Source: Mycoplasmoides pneumoniae FH
GTDB lineage: Bacteria > Bacillota_I > Bacilli_A > Mycoplasmatales > Mycoplasmoidaceae
NCBI RefSeq assembly: GCF_001272835.1
Contig: NZ_CP010546.1
Span: 182,809-214,808 of the forward strand
Direction: 5' to 3'
Length of the DNA: 32,000 bases
Part shown: piece by piece, positions 9,380-17,877 of the stretch
Layout of the letters: each line of letters opens with the position of its first letter
Numbering within the stretch: the first letter of the stretch is position 1
The notes under the pieces: model-generated
Database searches by the model: none
Seen by the model: only the letters and a program-made list of their open reading frames with translations
Told to the model about the DNA's origin: nothing
Program-made: the position numbers and the translations under genes

Positions 9380-10837
9380 ATGGTTGATTTTGCCACTAGG
9401 GTAGCGAAATCATTTAAGGATAAAGTTAGTGGTATCGATAATAAAAAAGGCACTGACATCCAAGGTGTTTTAGGTCTAGACAGTACACCAAACGTTTTGT
9501 TCGCTTCAGTATTTGCAGCTGGTGGTGGTAGCTATGACAACTTCTTTTACAAGGTAGAAAATGGCCGGGCTGATTTCCGTAATTTTGCAAATAAAGGTAC
9601 TTCTTACAAAAACTTAGAGAAGGTTTACAACGATTACAAGAATTTAATCGGTAGCAACGGTCTTTTTGCTAGCAAAGATGGCTCTTACTCATCTAACTTT
9701 GAAAAGTTCCACCAGTTAGCTTTTTATGTAGGTTCTAGCTCTGGTTATAACTATGCTTTTGCTGATGAAACTGCTAAACGGTTAAAGTTTGGTGATAGTG
9801 CCATTGAGTATCCTAACGATACGCTTGAAATTAAGGTACCGACAAATAATAGTCAAAGTGGTGATGGGAATGGTGGCACCAATAACGACAATCTCTTAGG
9901 TACTTTTGACATTAGGGAAAAGAGTAACGGCAAAAAAGGTGAGAGCAACGGTAAACAAGGAAATGGTCAAGATAAAAAGACAATTTCGCTTTATAAAGAT
10001 TCGATTCCTAAAGAAAAAACTGAAGGCACTGATGCAATTCTAATTAGCGATAATCAACTCATTAATCAATTACAAACTGCCGCTAAAACTAGTAGTTCAC
10101 AAAATAAAGCTAACACTGCAGCTATAACTTTTAAGCAAAGCAATAAAAGTGAAACTGACCAAAGTACAACTAGTCAGTTTATCGGCTACACAACAACTGC
10201 TTCATTGAAAGCTGATAAGAAAAATATCTTTGATGTGAAGAAGCTAAATAACGAAAAGTCTGAGCGCAAAATCATTGTCGGTGCCACGGTGGAAACCTTA
10301 AATCAAGCAAACACATTGCAAGCTAATGAAGCCATTATTAAACCAGCACCTGGTAAGTACCAAAGTACTGATTCACACAAGGTCATGATTACTCAAGGCC
10401 CGAATATTGTCGGAATTCATGCCAACGAAAAAGAGGACAAAGAAACACAAAAGTTTATTAACTGATACCTCAATAAAGAAGAGAGTTGATCTGTGCAAAA
10501 CAGCGGTTCAACTACAACTAAAAAGCAAACTGCTGCTCAATATTTTGCCGAACAGTCCTCTTACATCACTCCTTTAAAAAATAACTTTAAAGCAGATCAA
10601 AGTGCAACAAAAGATAGCACTGTTAACACTAACTATTTCACTAAACAAACATTTGATCTCTTCAAAGAAGTTAATGATGGAAAAGTGCTTGGTTTTAATG
10701 ATCCAAGTGACTTTAGGAGTGGTAAGTTCCGCAATACTATTGGTTCTACTTTTAACGCAACCATCAGTTCTAAAGTTGACTTTAACAAGTTTTTTGAAAA
10801 CTTTAAAGCTTCTTTAGGGTCTGGTTTTGAGCGTTAA
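9380..10837 (+). CDS. Lipoprotein paralogue, C-terminal fragment (same frame as 8522-9373, no signal peptide)
   Basis: ATG 9380 lies 6 nt after the TAA. The ORF continues through TGA 10463 and 10481 to TAA 10835-10837. It is collinear with residues after ENW in the intact copy (VDFATRVAKSF vs [11 protein letters not shown]; [16 protein letters not shown]; [11 protein letters not shown]). Confidence 0.7.
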
Positions 10838-10964
10838 TTTTAAAGAAAATTTTTCTTTTCAATTGCGCTTAATCTAAAGGGCAAAAGTAACAGCAGTTCA
10901 CTGCTAAGGTTGATTGTGTTAACCCGAAATTTCAATTAATTTCCTTTTCCTCAAAAGGTTTTCC

Positions 10965-10980
10965 AAAAAAAAAGTAAAAT
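10965..10980 (+). promoter_or_regulatory. Poly(A)9 tract abutting a TAAAAT -10-like box upstream of lipoprotein gene 11003
   Basis: A9 at 10965-10973, then g, then taaaat at 10975-10980. The ATG is 22 nt downstream. Confidence 0.4.
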
Positions 10981-11002
10981 AGAAAAGCTATTTTCACTTT
11001 TG

Positions 11003-11794
11003 ATGCACAAAAAGAAGTTTTTATCAAGAACTTCCTTTGCTTCTTTGTTTTTGCTTTTAGGAACAGTATTGAGTGCTTGTAGCAAAGTAGAGTCCACAAA
11101 AAGTGTTCATCCTGTAAAAAGTTTTAAATCTGATCTAAAAAGTCTTCTTAAAGAAACAATTAAACAAGATATTGATTTATCTAAAACAATCAAAACTTCA
11201 GAAGGCAAACAACAGATAATAACTTCTTTAAAAAAGTCTTACGGAGTTAATCCGAAAGATACAACAAAATTGTTGTTAGACGCATGAAAACAGAGCTTTG
11301 AAGAAGGTGAAATAGGTATTGCGGATCTTGATTTTGAAGTAGCTTATCCCAAAACCCAAGATCCTTTTACAATGGAGCGAAAGGTTGATCATTTCCAAAT
11401 GACATACCAAAGTTTTAAGGATTTATCAATTAAAGCTAAGTTGAGCTATACCTTTAATTGATTTGGAGATTATTCTTCAGGTGGTTTCACTGCTAAGAAA
11501 GGTGACAAGCATTATTTCGATCTTTTCCTTAAAATCAAACCTGATCCCAACAAATCATTTAAGGCTGCAAATTTTAAAACTGAAGAAAAAAACTCAACAG
11601 TTATTGATGGACAAGAAACTACAAGAAATTTAGAGTGAATTGAGTTTGGTGCTTCAATTAGCTGATCATTAAAAGGCAAAGATGATGCTAGTGAAAAAAG
11701 TGTGAAACAATTTTTAGATAGCTATGCTAATAACACATCAGGGTACTCATCAGATATTAATCTCTTTAGTTATTTGGAGTATTTAATTAGGTAA
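11003..11794 (+). CDS. Lipoprotein (263 aa), family not recognised
   Basis: [30 protein letters not shown] gives a signal peptide and lipobox. ORF-track 11000..11287 extends in frame through four TGA codons to TAA 11792-11794. I read every codon and found no TAA or TAG. Confidence 0.8.
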
Positions 11795-11891
11795 TTTGTT
11801 GTGATTGCTTGGTTGTACTTGGAAAAATTTTAGCCACTTGCTTTTCGCCTTGAACAGATGGCTTTTTATTTTTATTCAAATTAATTTCATC

Positions 11892-12065
11892 AAAAACTTT
11901 TTTGCAATTTTGTTGACACTTCCAAAAGCTCATTTCAATTTATTTAGTGGAGGAGCAAAATGCAAATCTTTAATTTTTGAAATTGATCAGCAAAGCGTCT
12001 GATCCCTGTTGGCAACCGAGTTGCAAGTGTTAGTTATTTTTTAAAAAATCAAAAGAAAGGAGGAT
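11892..12065 (+). promoter_or_regulatory. Second copy of the DUF16-type cassette leader
   Basis: Homologous to 7535-7716. Contains aaaaacttttttgcaattttgttgaca, tcaatttatttag, tgatccctgttggca, hairpin 12012-12024 and aaagaaaggagg (GGAGG at 12059-12063). Confidence 0.5.
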
Positions 12066-12320
12066 TTGACCATTAAAAAAGTAAAGGTTACAGAGAAAGC
12101 TTCTGTTGAAAGAATGATAGAAGTATTAAGTGATTCTGAAATTTTATCTTATTTATTAAGTAATAAATACACTGCTGATGGAGTTAATGAAATTTATGTA
12201 ACGATGAACATTAAAGACAAAGATTCAAACACTCAAAGGAAGCCAGATAAAATGTCTTTAGAGCTTGAATTGTTTTTAAATCAGTTTATTGAATTCTTAA
12301 AAGAGCAGAGAAAAAGCTAG
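12066..12320 (+). CDS. Small hypothetical protein (about 82-84 aa) in a DUF16-type cassette but without the DUF16 coiled-coil tail
   Basis: ORF-track ORF. The TTG at 12066 is only 2 nt from the SD, so the in-frame ATT at 12072 (8 nt from GGAGG) is the more plausible start. A strong terminator follows. Confidence 0.55.
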   Translation: MTIKKVKVTEKASVERMIEVLSDSEILSYLLSNKYTADGVNEIYVTMNIKDKDSNTQRKPDKMSLELELFLNQFIEFLKEQRKS

Positions 12321-12329
12321 CAGTATAAA

Positions 12330-12367
12330 ATACCAGCAGTTAATGCATGGCTGTTGGTATTTTTATT
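12330..12367 (+). terminator. Rho-independent terminator
   Basis: ataccagcag (12330-12339) pairs with ctgttggtat (12351-12360): 10 bp including one G-U, an 11-nt loop, then ttttatt. Confidence 0.75.
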
Positions 12368-12377
12368 CTTTCACTAA

Positions 12378-14060
12378 ACCCCTCATACGAACTCGTGGAC
12401 TGAAAGCGGGTGGGTGATACCAAGTTAGTGGCGCTGGTCCGCTCAGCGTTGGTCAGGGTGAAGTTTAATGATGGGACGAGTTCGGATTCTAATAACCAAG
12501 ATACGAATCAAAATGCCTTGAGTTTTGATACCCAAGAATCACAGAAGGCACTTAATGGCTCGCAGAGTGGATCTTCTGACACTTCCGGGTCTAACTCCCA
12601 AGACTTCGCCAGCTACATCCTCATCTTCCAAGCCGCGCCCAGGGCCACGTGGGTGTTTGAACGGAAGATTAAGTTAGAGTTGCCCTACGTTAAAAACGAA
12701 TCGGGAGCAGGGGACTCCACCACAACTAACAGTGGCTCCCTCTACACCACCCTCCAAGACCTCCTCGTCGAACAACCCGTGACCCCTTACACGCCCAATG
12801 CGGGGTTAGCCCGGGTGAATGGGGCTGCTCAGGATACGGTTCATTTTGGTTCGGGTCAAGAATCGAGTTGGAATTCCCAACGTTCCCAAAAAGTCCTTAA
12901 AAACAACCCCGGACCCAAAGTCGTCACCGGCTTTAAGCTCGATAAGGGCCGCGCGTACCGGAAGCTAAATGAAGCTTGACCGGTGTATGAACCCCTGGAT
13001 TCGACCAAGGATGGCAAGGGGAAGGATGAGAGCTCTTGGAACAGTTCGGAAAAAACAACGGCGGAAAGTGATGCCCCGTTGGTGGGATCAACCGGGAGTC
13101 AAATGGCTGCAGTCACAGACAGTCAGCAATCAGGTGATAACAATGGATTGGTATCGCTTGCCCAGCGCTCCACTACTGTTGCTGTCCAAAAAAGTGACTC
13201 TTCTGGTTCTCAAGGCCAAGGCACAACCGACAACAAATTCCAAAAATACCTCAACACCACCCAGGCCCTGCACCAGATGGGGGTGATAGTGCCATCTTTG
13301 GAAACGTGGGCGGGGGAAAACAAGTACTGGAATCGCTACCCGTGCTGCTGGTGGTGTTTCAGTCCAAGCAGCGACCCGGCAATCGTCTTCCACAAATGAA
13401 GATCTACCGAATGTAATCACCCAGTTATACCATACTTCAACCGCCCAACTCGCTTACTTAAATGGCCAGATCGTTGTGATGGGTTCGAACGCGGTACCGA
13501 GTTTGTGGTATTGGGTCGTGGATGAGCGAACCACGTCCGGAAGGGGTACTTGATGAGCCCACACCGAGTTGAACTGGGGCACCGACAAGCAGAAGGAGTT
13601 TGTGGAGAATCAGCTTGGTTTCAATGAAACCAGCGCCACCGACTCGCATAACTTTAAAAAAGCGCTGTTACATCAACCCGCCTACCTCATCAGTGGCCTT
13701 GACGTTGTGGCCGACCACCTCGTCTTTGCGGCCTTTCGAGCCGGCGCGGTGGGGTATGATATGCGACTGATACGAACGCTTCGACCTACAACCAAGCGCT
13801 CACCTGGTCGACCACGGCCGGGTTGGACAGTGCTGGGGGGTAAGGCCTTGGTGGAAAACACGGCCGGGCTCAACGGCCCGATTAACGGCTTGTTTACCCT
13901 GCTCGACACCTTTGCGTATGTGACCCCGGTGAGTGGGATGAAAGGGGGGAGTAAGAATACGGAGGCAGTGCAAACGACTTATCCGGTCAAGTCCGACCAA
14001 AAGGCTTCCGCCAAAATTGCGTCCTTAATTAATGCCAGTCCACTCAACAGTTATGGGGAT
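12378..14060 (+). repeat. Silent ORF6-gene repeat copy (RepMP5 type)
   Basis: Collinear with the expressed ORF6 gene at 1601-3282 of this window (1683 vs 1682 nt). Long near-identical runs such as cgaactcgtggactgaaagcgggtggg and gtggcgctggtccgctcagcgttggtcagggtgaa alternate with variable blocks. Confidence 0.85.
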
Positions 14061-14150
14061 AAAAAAAGCCATCCACCTAAGGTGAAAGGCAGACAGCTCC
14101 AAAATATTTTTGACGATTGAAAACTAACAAAAGCTGTTAGTTTGATGTAG
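12410..14150 (+). pseudogene. ORF6-like reading frames on the silent copy, broken relative to ORF6 by a +1, a -1 and a -2 indel
   Basis: Under code 4 the frame-2 ORF runs 12410-13651 and an overlapping frame-0 ORF is open from 13290 to TAG 14148-14150. The homologous frame switches at about 13309-13320. There is no ORF6 signal peptide or C-terminal TM and tail. Confidence 0.65.
14121..14143 (+). other. Perfect 9-bp hairpin (aaactaaca / tgttagttt, loop aaagc); a related copy sits in the helicase 5' codons (17921-17939)
   Basis: Read directly from the sequence. The second copy is aaactaa ggctg ttagttt. Confidence 0.5.
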
Positions 14151-14189
14151 AGGCAAAACTATGAATTTACTAAATTTATTTAAATCAGC

Positions 14190-14234
14190 GGGAGCAGGCT
14201 CGTTTTTTCAACACAAGTCACTCTGCCTGCTCCC
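14190..14234 (+). other. Inverted repeat gggagcaggc / gcctgctccc (10 bp perfect, 25-nt spacer) with flanking AT-rich arms
   Basis: 14190-14199 and 14225-14234 are exact reverse complements. The outer arms atttattta (about 14174-14182) and taaataaat (about 14237-14245) are also complementary. Confidence 0.6.
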
Positions 14235-14299
14235 ACTAAATAAATTGAGAAAGATTTTCAAAGTAGTCAAAAAGTTTGAATATTTTGCAATTTGGGTTT

Positions 14300-14388
14300 G
14301 TAATCCCTTCTAACTATTAATAGGAACTTTTACTTTCAAAAAAGTTTTGAAGTTATTTTGGTGTCTTTACTAACTTTAAGCAATTTAG
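14300..14388 (+). repeat. Junction element copy 2
   Basis: Matches 7343-7450 apart from the 19-bp duplication and one c/t difference. The hairpin is at about 14322-14343. Confidence 0.75.
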
Positions 14389-14551
14389 TTAGTGTAAAGA
14401 CTCATAATGTTTAAATTAAAAATTAACAACTTCCAATTAGGTTTCAAACTCGTTCAGTGACCAGTGATGAACCACCTCCTTAAACATTTTTACGTTTTTC
14501 CAATCAATAATAAAGGAGGTCTTCACCATTAAACGCACAATTTCACTTACT

Positions 14552-15034
14552 TTGTTTAAGAAAAGACTCAACAAAGATAAGATTAATAATTGTCATGTTT
14601 GGGAAGAAGAGTTACCTGATGGTAGCTACGACATGGAATTTAATGGCAATTTAAACCATATGGAAAAACGAAAAAGTGGTTATGTTACCCAAAAGCAGTT
14701 TAACGAATATAAAGACTCAAACGACCAACGGCTCATAAAGATTGAAACTACTTTGGCTGCCCAAGGTGAGCAAATTAGTCAGCTAGTTCAAATTGTGTTC
14801 CTCCAAGGAAAACAAATTAAAGAACTTCAAGCGGAGCAAAAAGCACAAAGAGTTGAATTTAACGCGCGCATGGATCGCTTTGAAAGCCTTGTGCTTAAGA
14901 GTCTGGAATCAATCGGAAACACTTTGACTGATTTTGGTAAACGACTCGATTCAATGGAAACTCGTTTGGACTCTATGGATGGTCGTCTCGATTCAATGGA
15001 AACTCGTTTAGACAAAATCGATCCACCTAAATAG
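14552..15034 (+). CDS. DUF16 / UPF0134 family coiled-coil protein (160 aa from TTG 14552; possibly 168 aa from ATT 14528)
   Basis: Coiled-coil C-terminal half ([28 protein letters not shown]) and tail [35 protein letters not shown] is at 14515-14519. The in-frame ATT at 14528 sits 8 nt downstream with no stop before 14552. Confidence 0.8.
   Translation: MFKKRLNKDKINNCHVWEEELPDGSYDMEFNGNLNHMEKRKSGYVTQKQFNEYKDSNDQRLIKIETTLAAQGEQISQLVQIVFLQGKQIKELQAEQKAQRVEFNARMDRFESLVLKSLESIGNTLTDFGKRLDSMETRLDSMDGRLDSMETRLDKIDPPK
14942..15019 (+). repeat. 21-bp (heptad) tandem repeat coding RLDSM(E/D)x, about 3.7 units
   Basis: cga ctc gat tca atg gaa act / cgt ttg gac tct atg gat ggt / cgt ctc gat tca atg gaa act / cgt tta gac aaa atc. 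Confidence 0.7.
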
Positions 15035-15045
15035 TTTTAAGCTAA

Positions 15046-15080
15046 AAATACCAGCAGCTAAACTGTTTTTGGTATTTTTA
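15046..15080 (+). terminator. Rho-independent terminator (cassette terminator with a 3-nt bulge)
   Basis: aaataccagcag ... ctgtttttggtattttta. Homologous to 12330-12367. Confidence 0.6.
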
Positions 15081-15316
15081 TTCACAAAAAAGCTAAAACG
15101 ATTTAACGACCAAAATTGGTTTTAAAAGTAATTTCAAAAAAAAATAATAACACACTGAGTAGAACCATTTAAACATTCAACTTTTAATTAATTAAAAACA
15201 GTCAAAATTTGCTTTTAAAAATACTTTTACTTCAGTAACTCAAACTAGTAAATTTCAAGGGTTAAACATCTACAAACTTTGTTAATATTTCTCTAAATTT
15301 CGGGTTTCTAGTGTTT

Positions 15317-17791
15317 ATGAAATTTAAGTACGGCGCTATTGTTTTTAGTTGTCTTTTGGGCGTTTCGGCCATTTTAGCTGCCTGTGGGGCAAGGGGCAAA
15401 TTTAACCAAGTTGATGATGGCAAGATTAAGCTAGCTTCATCTTTAACTTCCAGAAGTGCGTCAACAGCTTTACAAAAAGTTGTTGAAAAGTACAACAAGG
15501 TTAAAGGCGTAAATGATTACCCCATTGAAATTACCCAAATTGCTGGCGGTTATGATGGCGGGCGGACTGATCTACAAACCCGAGTTAACGTTAAAGACAC
15601 GACTAATTTTTATAACCTCATCTTGAACTATCCCGACTTAGTTTCCACTTTGGGACGTGTTGGGATGGAACTACCTTTTGATAAGGTTAAAACTGATAAG
15701 TTAGCTGACCGTTTTTTGGATTTCAACAACCGTATTAGTGCCATTTCCAAAAAGGGCATTTATGGCATTCCGGTTTCTTTATCCACCGAAGTTTTATCGA
15801 TTAATGGACCCGTTTTGCACTATATTTTGAATAGTGCACAAGGAAAGGTTAGTTCTGTCACTTCGGTGCAAAGAACAGCAGCTTCTGGTAGTGGAACAAC
15901 AAATAATAATGGAGTAACAAAACCTTTGAAGATTGATAAAGAAAATGAATCTACAAAGAAACTTTGAGAAGAAATAGAAAACAAGGCAAAAGAAAACGGT
16001 AAGAAAACGAGTTCTTCAAGAAGAAAAAGAAATTTAAGTAGTTCTAAACAAATGAGCACTCAAACTCAACCTACTGACAATAGTAACGATGCTAATCAAA
16101 GCGACCAGGCGATAGAAAAGACTTGGGGTAAATATCAGGAGGTTGAAGGTGGTTTAAAAGATTACACCTTCAAAGCCAGTGTGTTTGAAAACTGACACGA
16201 TTTGCTTGACTTTTCTAATAGGGTAGCTAAGTCATTTAGCAATATAAACACTAACACCAATAAAAAGGGCACCGATATTCAAGGTGTTCTGGGAATCGAT
16301 AGCACTCCTAACTCCTTATTTACCTCTGTTTTTGCTGCAGGTGGCGGTAACTATGACAACTTCTTTTATAAGGTTGCAAACGGTCGGGCTGACTTTAGTA
16401 ACTTTAAGAATAAAGGCACTTCTTACCAAAACTTACAAAAAGTTTATGGTGATTACAAAGGCTTGATTGACAGCAATGGTCTCTTTGTTAATAAGGGTGG
16501 TTCTTATTCATCGAACTTCCAAAAGTTTCACCAATTAGCTTACAGTATTTCCTCGACTTCCGGCTTCTTCTACTCGTTTGCTGGTGAAAACTCAAAGCGC
16601 TTGAAGTTTGATGGCGGTAATTTTATTGAGTTTCCTGGATTTACTCAAGCAATTTATGCGCCTGAAAATAATAGTCAAAGTGGTGGAGAGAGTGGCGATC
16701 AAACCACAAATAATGAAGCCAATCTTTTAGGCACTTTCAAAATAAAAAGCTCTAATAAATCTAAATCTTCAAGTTCCAAATCAAGCACTAAAGCCGAAAC
16801 AGGCAAAACTAGTGGTGGAGACCAAAACCAAGGCAAAAAAGGCGAAGGCGCTCAAAATCAAGGCAAAAAAGGCGAAGGCGCTCAAAATCAAGGCAAAAAC
16901 GGAGGTGAAGAAACAACTATTTACCTTTATAAAAACTCAATTCCATCTGGAAAAAATAAAGGCGAAAATGCAATTCTTATAGATAACAAAACTATTGTGG
17001 AACAACTAGAAAGTGCGGCTAAAAAAGAAGATAAGAAGAGTGGCGAATCTACCACAGAACAGACACAAATACAAAGTAAAAGTGTAACAGAACAAAAACA
17101 ACCCAAAATCATCGGTTACACTACCACTGGCAATGTTCACGAAGACAACAAACACATTTTCCCAATTGACAAACTTACATCTGATCGAAATTTTGACCGC
17201 AAAATTATTGTTGGTGCCACTGAAGAAACACTCGATAAATCGAATACTTTGCAGTCCAATGAAGCCATTGTTTTACCAGCACCCTCTAAGTACAAAAGTA
17301 CTGACACTAACAAAGTAACCATCACCCAAGGTCCGAATATCATTGGAATTCACGCCAACGAAAAGGAAAATGCAGAAACACAAAAGTTTGTGGATTGATT
17401 CTTAAACAGTCCGCAAACTTGAGAGGGTAAGGGAAAAGGTAAAGAACAAACTAATAAAACCGCAGCTGAATTCTTTGCTGAATCGGCTTCTTATATCTTG
17501 CCACTCAAGGAAATTTTTGAGCAAAAGAATGAAAAGAAAGAAGGCAGCGATCAAAAAGATAGTAAAAGCAATGGTAGAGGTAAACAAACTAACCTCTACA
17601 CCGAAAAGGCCTTGGAACTATTTAGAGGTATTAGTACCGATCAAATAGTAAGTTACAGTGACCCAAGTGACTTTAGGAGTGGTCGTTTCCGTGATGGAAT
17701 AGGTGCCACTTTTAACGCAGCAGTAAGCTCTAAAGCATCTTTTGAAAAGTTTGTTCAAAACTTTATTGCAACTTTAGGTAGTGATATTTAG
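15317..17791 (+). CDS. Large lipoprotein (824 aa), intact paralogue of 8522-10837; possibly solute-binding-protein-like
   Basis: [27 protein letters not shown] gives the lipobox. ORF-track pieces 15311, 16202 and 17498 share one frame, and the gaps I read contain only TGA. The segment [27 protein letters not shown] resembles ABC solute-binding proteins (weak inference). Confidence 0.85.
16830..16900 (+). repeat. 30-bp tandem repeat, 2 full units plus 11 nt, coding [10 protein letters not shown]
   Basis: aaggcaaaaaaggcgaaggcgctcaaaatc at 16830-16859 is repeated exactly at 16860-16889, then aaggcaaaaac follows. Confidence 0.85.
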
Positions 17792-17838
17792 CTAATCACT
17801 TTTGCAGTCCAGTCAAGGGTTTCATAAAGCTAGCGCTT

Positions 17839-17844
17839 TATAAT
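17839..17844 (+). promoter_or_regulatory. Consensus TATAAT -10 box upstream of the helicase gene
   Basis: tataat at 17839-17844, 33 nt before ATG 17878, overlapping the 3' arm of a 7-bp hairpin (ataaagc tagc gctttat, 17824-17841). Confidence 0.4.
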
Positions 17845-17877
17845 CAAATAATGCTTTAAAGCAATTTAGACGACTCC

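Noticed and set aside
10602-10817. Overlapping alternative-frame ORFs in the lipoprotein genes (10602-10817, 16284-16466, 17133-17318) and their antisense partners.
   Set aside because: They are nested inside paralogue-supported frames and are not conserved between the two paralogues.
10846-10863. The AT-only hairpin aaagaaaatttttctttt after the broken lipoprotein gene as a terminator.
   Set aside because: The stem is only A-T pairs with a very small loop. It is not distinguishable from AT-rich background, so I did not list it as a feature.
11805-12002. A 65-aa ORF (MLGCTWKNFSHLLFALNRW...) in the spacer after lipoprotein 11003-11794.
   Set aside because: It overlaps the non-coding leader that is conserved with 7535-7716, where no equivalent ORF exists. 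It has a TTG start without an SD and a hydrophobic junk-like sequence.
14407-14532. A 41-codon upstream ORF ([41 protein letters not shown]) as a gene.
   Set aside because: It has no SD or homology and may be a remnant 5' end. I kept it only as context for the anti-SD observation.
16830-16900. Tandem repeats (16830-16900, 8188-8247, 14942-15019) as possible CRISPR or satellite arrays.
   Set aside because: They are in-frame coding repeats with no spacers, so they are not CRISPR. I saw no cas genes.
5600-17800. The accessory block as a mobile element, prophage or integrative island.
   Set aside because: I saw no integrase, transposase, terminal inverted repeats or tRNA attachment site. The structure is explained by RepMP-type dispersed repeats and a segmental duplication.
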